Positions 1 to 9,104 are shown, counted from the first letter of the stretch. The stretch is 32,000 nt of DNA from Methylorubrum extorquens (GCA_900234795.1 LT962688.1:1830001-1862000); one strand, 5' to 3'. A program made the numbers and translations. Notes: a model not told the origin generated them from the sequence alone.

Positions 1-308
1 ACGCGTATGTCGGCCGCAAGTCCGAATGGGCGACTTGGACGCCGCCCAAGGAGATGATCCGGCGTCAGCCCGAGGCCGCTCAATATGCGCGCGGGATGCC
101 GGGCGGCCTCGACAACCCGCTCGGTGCCCGCACCCTGCACCTCTACCAGGGCGGCGCCTACACGCTCTACACGATCTACGCCAGCAGCGACCCCGAATCG
201 ATCGGGAGTGGCATCACGAGCGGCTGCGTCGGCTTGCTCAGTCAGGATATGATCCACCTCTACGCGCGAACCCCGGTCAAGACGAAGGTGGTGGTCCTGC
301 CGGCATAG
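1..308 (+). CDS. L,D-transpeptidase (YkuD/ErfK family), C-terminal part; 5' end lies outside the window
   Basis: The frame is open from base 3 (AYVGRKSEWATWTPPKEMIRRQPE...LGARTLHLYQGG...SIGSGITSGCVGLL...VKTKVVVL) and stops at TAG 306-308. This matches the conserved YkuD C-terminal block, including the S-G-C catalytic-Cys context. The usual IHGT block reads IYAS here. Confidence 0.75.
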   Translation, partial: AYVGRKSEWATWTPPKEMIRRQPEAAQYARGMPGGLDNPLGARTLHLYQGGAYTLYTIYASSDPESIGSGITSGCVGLLSQDMIHLYARTPVKTKVVVLPA

Positions 309-454
309 CGGCCTGCCTCGGCCCTGATTCCAGGGCCCTGTGGTTTTGACGCGATCGCAACCGAGGGGCGGCTGCCGGATCGCGCCACGCGGCGCCGGCT
401 ATGTCGCGGCGCTGTGAGTCGCGCGCGGCGGACCGGCTCGGCTATCATCCGGCG

Positions 455-1108
455 ATGTGCAATCTCTACGCCCTTACCAAGAGCCAGGACGAGATCCGGC
501 GCCTGTTCAAGGTGGAAACCGATCGGACCGGTAACCTGCCGCCCCTGCCTGGGATCTTTCCCAACAATGCCGCGCCGATTGTTCACGTCGCGGAGGGGCA
601 ACGCACCCTCTCGATGTATCGCTGGGGCATGCCCTCGCCGGCCTTCGCCCTGAAGGGCAAGAAGACCGATCCGGGCGTCACGAATGTGCGCAACACCGCC
701 TCGCCGCACTGCCGGCGCTGGCTCGGGCCGGAGCATCGCTGCCTCGTGCCGCTGACGAGCTTCTCCGAGAACGAGGCCTTGCCCGACGGCTCCCACCCAC
801 CCGTGTGGTTCGCGCTCGCCGAAGAACGTCCGCTCGCCTGTTTCGCCGGCATCAAGACCGAGGGCTGGACCTCGGTGCGCAAGGTGAAGGACGGCGAGAC
901 GACGGACGACCTCTACGCCTTCCTGACCACGGAGCCGAATGTCGAGGTCGCCGCGGTCCACCCGAAGGCGATGCCGGTGATCCTGACGACGGATGAGGAG
1001 CGGGATCTCTGGCTGCGCGCGCCGTGGGCCGAAGCGTCGGTGCTGCAGCGCCCTCTCCCGGATCGGGCGCTGATCGTTGTGGCGCGCGGTGAGCGATCCG
1101 ACGCATGA
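455..1108 (+). CDS. SOS response-associated peptidase (SRAP / YedK / DUF159 family)
   Basis: In the frame of ORF 401-1108, ATG 455 gives the N-terminus M-C-N-L-Y, where Cys2 is the SRAP catalytic residue. Conserved blocks follow: [44 protein letters not shown]. Confidence 0.85.
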   Translation: MCNLYALTKSQDEIRRLFKVETDRTGNLPPLPGIFPNNAAPIVHVAEGQRTLSMYRWGMPSPAFALKGKKTDPGVTNVRNTASPHCRRWLGPEHRCLVPLTSFSENEALPDGSHPPVWFALAEERPLACFAGIKTEGWTSVRKVKDGETTDDLYAFLTTEPNVEVAAVHPKAMPVILTTDEERDLWLRAPWAEASVLQRPLPDRALIVVARGERSDA

Positions 1109-1237
1109 GACGGACCGAAGGCCCGCGGCGCGAGAGCGCATGATCGCAGGCACTCACGTCACCCGACCGCCCCCGAAGGAGCCGGCGCCAGACTGTGCGT
1201 CGAAATCGAGCAGAGACTCGATGGGGCTGGGCTCCGA

Positions 1238-2299
1238 TTGATTGGAATAGAGTTGGCCTACTTGTCGATCGCCCTGGAACTTGTCGCACTTCTGCTGATC
1301 GTCGCGACGTTGCTACCCCTGATTCCGACGAACCTTGGCGTCATCCGCAGCCTGGATTTTCCCCGGCTGCAGATCGCGGTCGCGCTCGCTGCGAACTGTG
1401 TCGGGCTTCTCGCGATCTCCCGGGACGGCACGGCGCTGGCTCTGGCGGTCGCCATGGTCGCGGCTCTTGCCCTGCAAGCCAGCTATATCCTGCCGTTCAC
1501 GCGATTGACGGCGCCTCAGGCAAAGGGAGCAGGCTCGTGTCGTCCGGACGACCGCATCAGCCTCCTCGTCCTCAACGTGCTCCAGTCGAACCGTCATTAC
1601 GGTGCGGCGCTCGATCTCATCGCCGCCAAGGCGCCCGATCTGGTGTTGCTGCTCGAAACCGATGCGGGATGGCACGCCGCGATGGCTCCGCTGCGGGCGC
1701 ATTATCCGCATCGCGTCGAACATCCGCAGGACAACACCTATGGCCTGCTGTTCTACTCCCGCCTTCCCCTGCGCGATCCGACGATCCGCTTTCTGCTGCA
1801 GGAGGACGTTCCGTCGTTACGCACCACGGTGGTCCTGCCCAGCGGCGAACCGGTCACCTTCTACGGGCTTCATCCACGGCCACCCCATCCGGGCCATAGC
1901 AGCGCACCGCGCGATGCCGAGCTTGTCGTGGTCGCCCGAGAGGTCGCGCAAACGAAGGATTCGACCATCGTCGCCGGTGACCTCAACGACGTGGCCTGGT
2001 CCCACACGAATCGATTGTTCCAGAACATCAGCGGCCTTCTCGATCCCCGTCAGGGACGCGGCCTGTTCTCGACCTTCCATGCGCAATATCCGTTTGCACG
2101 CTGGCCCCTCGACCACATTTTCTTCAGCGAGCATTTTCTCTTGAGCGACATGCAGCGCCTGAACGATGTCGGGTCCGATCATTTCCCGATCTGGGTCGAT
2201 TTATGCCGGGCGCCGCACGCCCCGGCACAACAGGTTGCACCCGAAGCCTCCGAGCAGGACCATCGGGATGCCGAGAAGGCCATCGAGGCGGTGCGGTGA
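1238..2299 (+). CDS. Endonuclease/exonuclease/phosphatase (EEP) family protein with N-terminal transmembrane helices
   Basis: This is a 353-aa ORF. The ORF track gives a TTG start, so the start is uncertain. A hydrophobic N-terminus of ~90 aa is followed by EEP-type motifs: LLVLNVLQSN, LVLLLETD, VAGDLNDV, GSDHFPIWVDL. Confidence 0.8.
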   Translation: MIGIELAYLSIALELVALLLIVATLLPLIPTNLGVIRSLDFPRLQIAVALAANCVGLLAISRDGTALALAVAMVAALALQASYILPFTRLTAPQAKGAGSCRPDDRISLLVLNVLQSNRHYGAALDLIAAKAPDLVLLLETDAGWHAAMAPLRAHYPHRVEHPQDNTYGLLFYSRLPLRDPTIRFLLQEDVPSLRTTVVLPSGEPVTFYGLHPRPPHPGHSSAPRDAELVVVAREVAQTKDSTIVAGDLNDVAWSHTNRLFQNISGLLDPRQGRGLFSTFHAQYPFARWPLDHIFFSEHFLLSDMQRLNDVGSDHFPIWVDLCRAPHAPAQQVAPEASEQDHRDAEKAIEAVR

Positions 2300-2393
2300 G
2301 GTCGGGAGCGATAGCCGGCGCAAGCCCATCCACGGCGGTCCTTTCGAGGAAGCCGCGGGGCCGACAAGGCGCTCCCGTTGCCCCCGCGGCGCC

Positions 2394-2723
2394 TCAGGCA
2401 GTGGCCGGCCCGCTGCCTTGCTCGACAACCTCCAGCGCGCGCAGAACCGCCATGGCGGCCATATCGGCATCGACGCGTCCTTCGTCCGTGGCCGGCATTA
2501 CGGCGACGGCCTCGAACACGTTTCCGCCGACGGCGCCGATGACGACCTTGAGGCATCGCCCTTCGGGCCCGCTCGCGTCCTCCAGCAGGGCCACGAGATA
2601 GCCCGCTGCGGTCCCGTAGACGTGGAGCGGCTCGTACGCCTCGAGCGCCTCGGCCGCGATGGCTGGCTCAGCTTCGCGGTCGCGGCCACCGAAGTTGGGG
2701 CGGATGATGTTCGTCATAGCCAT
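2394..2723 (-). CDS. Hypothetical protein (109 aa)
   Basis: An internal ATG at 2723 in ORF 2394-2939 gives MAMTNIIRPNFGG.... This start overlaps the stop of the upstream gene (ATGGCTATGA), which suggests translational coupling. The part of the ORF upstream of this ATG is Arg/Pro-rich and does not look protein-like. Confidence 0.55.
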   Translation of the reverse strand: MAMTNIIRPNFGGRDREAEPAIAAEALEAYEPLHVYGTAAGYLVALLEDASGPEGRCLKVVIGAVGGNVFEAVAVMPATDEGRVDADMAAMAVLRALEVVEQGSGPATA

Positions 2724-2932
2724 CGCTCGTCGATGTCGGTCGCGTTGTAGTCCGCCAAGGGCTGGTGCTCGTCGCCGTCGGCGAAGATCGCCACATCGTC
2801 CGGGCCTATGTCGTGCTTGGCAATGCGGTCCCAGCGCCGATGGATCATCGTGGGGCCGCCCCAGATCCGGAAGGCGTTCCAGTAGCGGTCGTCCTTGAAG
2901 CCGATGTAGTGGACGCAGCGGGCAGCGGGCAT
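2714..2932 (-). CDS. Hypothetical protein (72 aa)
   Basis: The ORF has a protein-like composition (MPAARCVHYIGFKDDRYWNAFRIWGGPTMIHRRWDRIAKHD...). Its stop overlaps the start of the next gene on the same strand. Confidence 0.55.
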   Translation of the reverse strand: MPAARCVHYIGFKDDRYWNAFRIWGGPTMIHRRWDRIAKHDIGPDDVAIFADGDEHQPLADYNATDIDERWL

Positions 2933-3080
2933 GCCGCAACTTACGTTCGGGGATCAGGCGACGCGAGAGGTTCTTGCCACCGCCACCCCGACTGCGACGA
3001 CGAGGACGCCCCGCGGGCCGTGTTGCCGCCTCAACCTCGCTCCAGACGCACCTCGCCCAAGCCGGGCCGAGGGGAAAAGC

Positions 3081-3182
3081 ATGTTCGGGACCGAGGTTTT
3101 TGTCGTGCTCGCAGGCGTCGTCGGCGCAATCGCATTCATGGTGGCCGGACGACCGGCTTCCGACCGCTTCCTGCCCTGGTGA
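3081..3182 (+). CDS. Possible 33-aa hydrophobic peptide
   Basis: ATG 3081 follows GAGGGGAAAAGC, a Shine-Dalgarno-like sequence. The product is MFGTEVFVVLAGVVGAIAFMVAGRPASDRFLPW, which forms one TM helix. Third-position G+C is high. The ORF is very short, so the call is weak. Confidence 0.3.
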   Translation: MFGTEVFVVLAGVVGAIAFMVAGRPASDRFLPW

Positions 3183-3741
3183 GGCGGCGGCGCGCCCCGA
3201 CGGATCAGCTTTAACGGATGGCTAACTACATCCGAACAGGGCGCGGAAACCATCGCAGACAAAGGCGTTAGCCGGACACGTCGATCCAGCCACGTTCACG
3301 AGCACCCGCGATGACCATCACCGTCTTCGATCCGATCAGCGGCCAGATGGTCACGATTCGCGTGCCGGCCCCGCAGCCGCGCTGATCCCGTCATTCTCGT
3401 CCCCGCCGAGCCACGACGATGATCGGTCTTCCTCTCTCTACCGCCTGCTCGTTGCCCTCGTCCTCGTGCTGTCGAGTGCGGCGGCGACGACCCGCCTCGG
3501 TCACGCCGAGCCGAAGACGGCCTGCGAAAGCGGGGCGCAGGCCGGTGCCTGTGCCCCTACGGCCGAGCCCCGGTAGCGCTTTCGAAGCATTGCCCCCTCG
3601 GAGCCGCACGGATCCTCCGGATCGGCCACGCGGTAGCCGCCGCCGCTCCATGGAGGTGGAGCGGCGGTTGCTCGTCGGCGGGCGGCGCTCATCAACGGTC
3701 GCGATGTCACGCCCGACTGAGTGCGTCCGGCGCGTCGTCAG

Positions 3742-4137
3742 TCATTTCCCGCCGCGACGGGCCGCGAATTCCCAAATCGGCAGGCCGGTCGGTACGCCGG
3801 GCGTGTTCCGGTAGCCGCTCACATTGCCGAACAGGATCCGGTTCGGCTCGATGCCGATCGCCTTCTGCCCTCCTGTGATCATCACTCCGCACCAATCCAC
3901 GCGCAATGTCCCGTGCTCGGGATGGACGCCGAAGATCTGCGGCGCGGTCCAGCCCAAGCGCACGGCCTCGGCGCCGAAGCGCTCGATGAAGTCGGTGCAG
4001 GCCTCGTGGATGTTCGCCCAGGCCGTGGTGCCGAGATACCGGCAGGGCGGTGAAGTCGGACGGAGGGCGCCGAGGGCTTTGCGCCATTCAGCGGCTTCGG
4101 GCGGGAGCGAGTCGGGCGCGAGTTCGGGAAGGAGCAT
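3742..4137 (-). CDS. Hypothetical protein (131 aa)
   Basis: A clean ORF with high third-position G+C and a globular-looking sequence (WANIHEACTDFIERFGAEAVRLGWTAPQIFGVHPEHGTLRVDWCGVMITGG...). I did not recognise a family. Confidence 0.6.
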   Translation of the reverse strand: MLLPELAPDSLPPEAAEWRKALGALRPTSPPCRYLGTTAWANIHEACTDFIERFGAEAVRLGWTAPQIFGVHPEHGTLRVDWCGVMITGGQKAIGIEPNRILFGNVSGYRNTPGVPTGLPIWEFAARRGGK

Positions 4138-4447
4138 CCTGGCTGCCGGCTGATGGTGGGGCCGACGGCAATAGGGGCGCCCGGTTGCTCCAGGCTTACC
4201 GGCTGACCGGATTCACAGGCTTAGCGCCCCCGCGCGTTGGCCTCGTAGGTTCGCCGATGGTGGGGCTCGGATCAGGCCGGTTCGACCGAACCGCGGTTCG
4301 GTCTCGGTGGCCAGCGGTCGTGCATGGAGGGCTTGCCCGAAGCCCCCTGCCCGGCTACTCAAACGCAGCGTTTCTGTCGTCGTTTCTGTTGCCCAACCTG
4401 TCGTCGAAAGCCAGTGCTGCGCATCAGTAATCGGCAGTATAAAGCGC

Positions 4448-4523
4448 GGGCCTGTAGCTCAATGGTTAGAGCCGACCGCTCATAACGGTCTGGTTGCAGG
4501 TTCGAGTCCTGCCAGGCCCACCA
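4448..4523 (+). tRNA. tRNA-Met (anticodon CAT), elongator type; an Ile2 (lysidine) identity cannot be excluded by eye
   Basis: Cloverleaf folded by hand: acceptor GGGCCTG/CAGGCCC; D arm GCTC-AATGGTTA-GAGC; anticodon arm GACCG-CTCATAA-CGGTC; variable loop TGGTT; T arm GCAGG-TTCGAGT-CCTGC; discriminator A; encoded CCA. It lacks the C1:A72 mismatch and the three G:C anticodon-stem pairs of an initiator tRNA. Confidence 0.9.
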
Positions 4524-4757
4524 CCTTTTCCCTAGGGAAACGCCTCCCAGGCGCGCCCGCCCCGAAACCAGGGGTACAGTTATGGGTACAGATTGACGTG
4601 GAGAGACCCCGCTCGGAGGGGCTCCGGCAGGGTGGTCGGCGACGCGCCGGGACCGATTCGTTTCGGCCCCGCGGGGTGGTCACGGGGCTAGACTGCCACC
4701 GCCCCCGTGGCCCGTGCGAGGGTACGCCCGACCGGCGCGCCCCCGCTTGTTTCGGCC

Positions 4758-5093
4758 TCACGCGGCCTCGGCCTGGTCATCGCCCCACAGCTCGCAGGCA
4801 GCCACTGCCTCCAGGGCGTTGTGATACCGGAACGCGGCCTGCCCGATGCCGGCCGGCTGCCCGGCGGCGACGAGGCGTTCGAGGAGCGGACGCCCCTTCA
4901 GCAACCCGATCCGGACGCCATTCCGCGCCTTCCGGTCCGGCCACACGCCCCAGACGAGGTCGGCCTCGGCGAACAGCGCCGCCATCTCGTGGGCGTAGTT
5001 GCGCCCGGTCGCGATGATCCCGTCCGTCATCTTGTTCGCCAGGTCGACGATCTTGCGGATATCCTCGTCACCCAGGTTTCGACTGGTCCTCAT
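4758..5093 (-). CDS. Hypothetical protein (111 aa)
   Basis: An internal ATG at 5093 is preceded by GAGGAG about 5 nt upstream. The product starts MRTSRNLGDEDIRKIVDLANKMTDGIIATGRNYAHEMAALF.... The part of ORF 4758-5195 upstream of this ATG is not protein-like. Confidence 0.6.
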   Translation of the reverse strand: MRTSRNLGDEDIRKIVDLANKMTDGIIATGRNYAHEMAALFAEADLVWGVWPDRKARNGVRIGLLKGRPLLERLVAAGQPAGIGQAAFRYHNALEAVAACELWGDDQAEAA

Positions 5094-5389
5094 GCGCGCT
5101 CTCCTCTGCTGTGCGGCACTGGAGTCACCATGACAGACGCGGGTTTCGAACCCTTCCCCTCGACCCCCTCGTTTCCGCCTGGGGAAAGTGACCACCCGTT
5201 AGGGCCAGCCGCAGCGCGGCGTTGACTTGCCGCCCGGGCTCGTTCCTCCTACCTATACTGGCGACCGCTGCATAAGCGGCTCATCCGCGCCTCGGCGCGC
5301 GGGCACAGGGCCTCCGGCATCCCCGGGGGCCCTTCGCGTTAACCGGACGCGTCAACCCGGCGGAAACCCGGCCGTGCCACCGTGCCGGC

Positions 5390-5755
5390 ATGAGACCGCG
5401 CAACGACACCGCCACCCGCCTGAGGGGACTCGACGACATCGCAGGCCGCGCCGCGCTGCTGCCGGACGTGCCCGAGGATCGCCTCGCCCGCCTGCATGAG
5501 ATCCGGCTGTGGTCGCGCTCGCATGACCGGAGCATGTCCGGCCGCCTGATGCCCCGCCAGGGGACGCCCGAGGCGGCCGCCATTGAGCGCGAGATCGTCG
5601 CCCTGCACCAGTACATCGAGGAGGACCGCCGGGCCTACGTCATCGTCGGCAAGCACTGGCAGAGCACCACCTTGTCCGGAGCGATCACTGAATCAGCCCG
5701 TCAAAGCCCTGTGAACCTCTCCGAGCCGAATCAGCCCAAACCGAAAACGCTCTAA
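5390..5755 (+). CDS. Hypothetical protein (121 aa)
   Basis: The ORF has high third-position G+C for about the first 95 codons (…RLARLHEIRLWSRSHDRSMSG…EREIVALHQYIEEDRRAYVIVGKHWQ). No obvious RBS is present, and the low-complexity tail runs into the GC-poor spacer. Confidence 0.5.
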   Translation: MRPRNDTATRLRGLDDIAGRAALLPDVPEDRLARLHEIRLWSRSHDRSMSGRLMPRQGTPEAAAIEREIVALHQYIEEDRRAYVIVGKHWQSTTLSGAITESARQSPVNLSEPNQPKPKTL

Positions 5756-6201
5756 GGAAGCGCCAGCGGTTCGACGAGGCGTATCTGGAGCTCATATCGT
5801 TCGTGGTCCGCGCTGGGGCCAAGCCAGTGCCACCTTCAGAAACAGCGGGCTACTGAACAAAAACGTGCAACAATTCTGCCCGCTTCTGCATCATGAGCGG
5901 ACACCTTGCTGCGCAAGGCTGAATGTCCGGTAATGGCGCATAGCTGAACAAGTGGCATGCGAGCACCTGACCCCTTCCGAACCTAGAGTCTTACTCCTTT
6001 GAACGTCCGCTATGAGGCTTGAAGCAGAAGTGCCAGGGTCAGACCATACTGAAGGATGTCGAGAACTCGTCGCCGCGGCTCTCTTCAGTGATTCCCGCAA
6101 GGATGTTACGGGTGCCAGCGAGAGAGGGTGGCGACAGGAGTGATATGGGCGGGCTCCGTGTGAATCCATTACCCTATCTCTCTCCGCCTTAAGGGCGCCC
6201 G

Positions 6202-6215
6202 TTGATCCAGCGCAA
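6202..6215 (+). promoter_or_regulatory. FixK/FNR-type box A (TTGATCCAGCGCAA)
   Basis: A 14-mer that fits TTGAT-N4-NNCAA. Its proximal edge lies 60 nt upstream of ATG 6275 of the P1B ATPase. Confidence 0.7.
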
Positions 6216-6274
6216 GGCAACTCAACCGGAACACGCCCACCCCGGAGGCGCATAACAGCGAAGCGGCTTCGACG

Positions 6275-8197
6275 ATGACGACGGCGGCCGTGGGCTCAAC
6301 CGAGACGGTGCGGCTGGCATCCGTGGGATGGATGCCTCGGCTCCGGGGATGGCTGGCGGTCCTGCCGCTGGTTGGCCTCTGCACGGGCCTGTCGGCACAG
6401 GCGCTCAGTCATCCCGACGTCGCCGCCTGGGCATGGGCGCTCGCGACCGTGGCGGTCCTCGCCGTCCTCGCCTCCCAAGTCGTAACCGGCCTGGTGCGCG
6501 GCAACGTTGGACTCGACCTGGTCGCCCTGCTCTCCATGGGGGGTGCGCTTGCGCTGTGGCAGCCGTTGGCCGGCGCTGTCGTCGCCTTGATGTACGCTGG
6601 CGGCCAATCGCTGGAAGCCTATGCCGCCGGCCGGGCCGGACGGGCGATGACGGCGCTGATCGCGCGCCAGCCGCGCACCGCCCTGCGCGAGGAGGGCGGT
6701 GCGTTGCGGGAGGTGCCCCTCGCGGCGCTGGTCCCGGGAGACCGAATCCTGGTGCGCGTCGGCGACGTCCTGCCGGTGGACGGCCGGGTCGCCGCGGGCC
6801 GCGCCGTGCTCGACCGGTCGAGCCTCACCGGCGAGGCCCTGCCGGTCACCTTCGGTGCGAACGACCCCGTGTTGAGTGGCACGGTGAACGCGGGCACGCC
6901 GTTCACCTTGCTGGCGGAGCGGGCCGCGGCCGAAAGCACGTATGCTGGCATCGTCCGGCTCGTCGAGGCGGCGCGGTCCCAAAAGGCGCCGATGGCGCGC
7001 CTGGCTGACCGCTACGGCCTCGCATTCCTCGCCCTCACGCTCCTGCTGGCTGGCGGCGCCTGGCTCGCCACCGGCGACCCCCTTCGGTCGCTGGCCGTGT
7101 TGGTCGTCGCAACGCCCTGCCCGCTGATCCTGGCGGTGCCCGTCGCCCTCGTCTCCGGCCTCTCGCGCGCGGCCGGCATCGGCGTGCTCATCAAGGGCGG
7201 CGGGGCCCTTGAGATGCTGGCCAAGATCCGCGTCCTGGTGGTCGACAAGACCGGCACCCTGACCCACGGCACCGCCCGGCTCATTTCCGCGCGAACCCTC
7301 GCCGCATGCGACGAGGCCGAGGTTCTGCGGCTCGCGGCGTCCCTCGACCAGGCCTCGGGTCACCCAGTGGCGCGAGCTCTGGTCGATGAGGCCCTAGGGC
7401 GAGGCCTGACACTCTCGCAGCCCACGATGGTCACGGAGTCCCCCGGCCAGGGCGTGACCGGCAAAGTGGAGGGCCGGCCCGTCCTCGTCGGGGGACCGCG
7501 CCTAATGCGGATGCACGACGTCTGCTTCCCGCCGGCAGATGGTCCTCGACACGCCGCGGCAGCGGCGACGGTGCTGGTCGCCATCGACGGCGCGCCCGCC
7601 GCCATCCTTGAATTCGCCGACCCACTGCGGGCGGACGGCGGCAACGCACTCGCGGCGCTGCGCGCGTGCGGCATCGAGCGGGTGGTGCTCGCGACCGGGG
7701 ACCGACGCGGCGTCGCGGAGGCGCTCGTCGCCGGTCTGCCCATCGACGCCGTCGCCGCCGACCTCGACCCGACGGCCAAGACGGATACCGTGGCCGCCGA
7801 GCGCCGGAACGGTCCCGTGATGATGGTGGGCGACGGGGTCAACGACGCGCCCGCGCTGGCGGCCGCCGACCTCGGCGTGGCACTCGGCGCCCGAGGCGCG
7901 GCGGCGGCGGCCGAGGCGGCGGACGTCGTCCTGCTGGTCGACAGCCTCGCGCCGCTGCCCCGCGCCATCCGCATCGCCCGGCGGGCCCGCGCTATCGCGC
8001 TCCAGAGCGTATGGGTCGGCCTTGGGCTTTCGCTCGTCGGCATGGTCGCGGCGGCTCTAGGATACCTCTCGCCCCTCCAGGGGGCGTTGCTGCAAGAAGC
8101 CATCGATGTCGCCGTGATCCTCAACGCCATGCGCGCGCTCGGCGGTCCACAGGATGGGCGCGAGCCGACGACGCAGGGAGGCCCGTGCTGCCCATAA
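6275..8197 (+). CDS. Heavy-metal (P1B-type) P-type ATPase with a TPCP membrane motif and no N-terminal metal-binding domain
   Basis: 640 aa. Motifs: DKTGTLT (VVDKTGTLTHG), S-G-HP (ASGHPVARAL), GDGVNDAPAL, and the helix VVATPCPLILAVP (TPCP codons 7112-7123). The N-terminus is short and hydrophobic. The protein ends ...GGPCCP. Confidence 0.9.
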   Translation: MTTAAVGSTETVRLASVGWMPRLRGWLAVLPLVGLCTGLSAQALSHPDVAAWAWALATVAVLAVLASQVVTGLVRGNVGLDLVALLSMGGALALWQPLAGAVVALMYAGGQSLEAYAAGRAGRAMTALIARQPRTALREEGGALREVPLAALVPGDRILVRVGDVLPVDGRVAAGRAVLDRSSLTGEALPVTFGANDPVLSGTVNAGTPFTLLAERAAAESTYAGIVRLVEAARSQKAPMARLADRYGLAFLALTLLLAGGAWLATGDPLRSLAVLVVATPCPLILAVPVALVSGLSRAAGIGVLIKGGGALEMLAKIRVLVVDKTGTLTHGTARLISARTLAACDEAEVLRLAASLDQASGHPVARALVDEALGRGLTLSQPTMVTESPGQGVTGKVEGRPVLVGGPRLMRMHDVCFPPADGPRHAAAAATVLVAIDGAPAAILEFADPLRADGGNALAALRACGIERVVLATGDRRGVAEALVAGLPIDAVAADLDPTAKTDTVAAERRNGPVMMVGDGVNDAPALAAADLGVALGARGAAAAAEAADVVLLVDSLAPLPRAIRIARRARAIALQSVWVGLGLSLVGMVAAALGYLSPLQGALLQEAIDVAVILNAMRALGGPQDGREPTTQGGPCCP

Positions 8198-8214
8198 GGC
8201 CGGCGCCATCGAGC

Positions 8215-8228
8215 TTGCGGTGGATCAA
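8215..8228 (+). promoter_or_regulatory. FixK/FNR-type box B (TTGCGGTGGATCAA)
   Basis: The 14-mer carries the extended half-site TGGATCAAGG. It lies 58 nt upstream of GTG 8286 and 64 nt upstream of ATG 8292 of the USP gene. Confidence 0.75.
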
Positions 8229-8291
8229 GGTGAGTCGGCCCACGCGAGGCGAGGATCCTCACATCTGTATTGACGCCAGACTGAGGTGGTC

Positions 8292-9104
8292 ATGGACTAC
8301 GCAAATATCCTTGTTTCCGCCGACCTCGGCGACGCGTCCCCTGATCGAGTACGCCTCGCCGCCGGGCTCGCCCGGCGCTTCGACGCCACCCTCACCGGCG
8401 CGGCCGCTCACAAGGTACCGGCGCCCATCCTGGTGCGCGACGTCTACGACGCGAACGAGCAGGAGGAGCGCAACAAGGCCAAGGTTCGCGAGATCCTGGA
8501 AGAGGCGCGCGCCCTGTTCGAGCGCAGCGCCGGTGAAAGGATCCGCACGGAGTGGCTAGCTGCCCTCGCCGGGCCCGCCACGCATCTCGTCGAGCAGGCG
8601 CGCGCCGCCGACCTCGTCGTGGTTAGCCGGCGCGGGCCGGAGGACGAGGACACGGGGCAACTCGGCGTGCGCCCCGGCCCCGTATTGATGGAGGCGGGCC
8701 GGCCTGTCCTCATCGCGCCGCCGCAGCTAGTCCAGCTGAAGGGGACCCGCATCGTCGTCGCTTGGAAGGACAGGCCAGAGGCGCGGCGTGCAGTGACGGC
8801 GGCGCTGCCCTTCCTGCGCGACGCGGACCAGGTCTTCGTCGCGACGGTCGGAGACGACGCGGGGCATGAAGGGGCGGAGGCCGTGACCGGCCACCTCGTG
8901 CGGCACGGCGCCCACGCCACCACCCACCTCATGCGCGCGGTCCGGCAGGAGAGCGACGATATCCTGGAATTCGCCCAGCACCAGGATGCCGACCTCGTCG
9001 TGATGGGCGCCTACGGCCACTCCCGGCTGCGGGAGTGGATTTTCGGGGGGGTCACCCGCGATGCCCTCGAACGCTCCCCCGTCTGCTGCCTGATGAGCCA
9101 CTGA
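8292..9104 (+). CDS. Universal stress protein, tandem UspA-domain type (270 aa)
   Basis: MDYANILVSADLG... through ...ADLVVMGAYGHSRLREWIFGGVTRDALERSPVCCLMSH shows two USP-like halves and the G-x2-G-x9-G-S/T-type ATP motif context. A GTG at 8286 is an alternative start. Confidence 0.88.
   Translation: MDYANILVSADLGDASPDRVRLAAGLARRFDATLTGAAAHKVPAPILVRDVYDANEQEERNKAKVREILEEARALFERSAGERIRTEWLAALAGPATHLVEQARAADLVVVSRRGPEDEDTGQLGVRPGPVLMEAGRPVLIAPPQLVQLKGTRIVVAWKDRPEARRAVTAALPFLRDADQVFVATVGDDAGHEGAEAVTGHLVRHGAHATTHLMRAVRQESDDILEFAQHQDADLVVMGAYGHSRLREWIFGGVTRDALERSPVCCLMSH

Noticed and set aside
345-359. Near-miss FNR-like sequences: TTGACGCGATCGCAA (345-359) and TTGATCGCTCGCCA (19727-19740).
   Set aside because: The first has a 7-nt rather than 6-nt spacer between TTGA and GCAA. 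It also lies outside the island, upstream of an unrelated gene. The second has a mismatched right half and overlaps the ATPase start codon.
260-1153. Long antisense or alternative-frame ORFs. Examples: 260-1153 (-), 6296-7363 (-), 7360-8262 (-), 7666-8559 (+), 9570-10646 (-), 11852-12598 (-), 12996-13841 (-), 20215-20940 (-), 26012-27196 (-), 27067-28149 (+), 29295-30131 (+).
   Set aside because: Each shadows a gene with clear family motifs in another frame or on the other strand. Their products are dominated by Arg, Pro, Gly and Ala, which is typical of spurious ORFs in high-GC DNA.
3311-3385. A 24-codon ORF (MTITVFDPISGQMVTIRVPAPQPR) with very high third-position G+C, in the otherwise gene-poor 2.9-3.7 kb stretch.
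   Set aside because: It is too short, has no recognisable RBS and no context such as a leader-peptide target. The codon bias over 24 codons could be chance. I note it only as something to check in ribosome profiling data.
4448-4523. The CAT-anticodon tRNA could be an initiator tRNA-fMet.
   Set aside because: Positions 1 and 72 form a normal G:C pair. The anticodon stem (GACCG/CGGTC) lacks the three consecutive G:C pairs characteristic of bacterial initiators.
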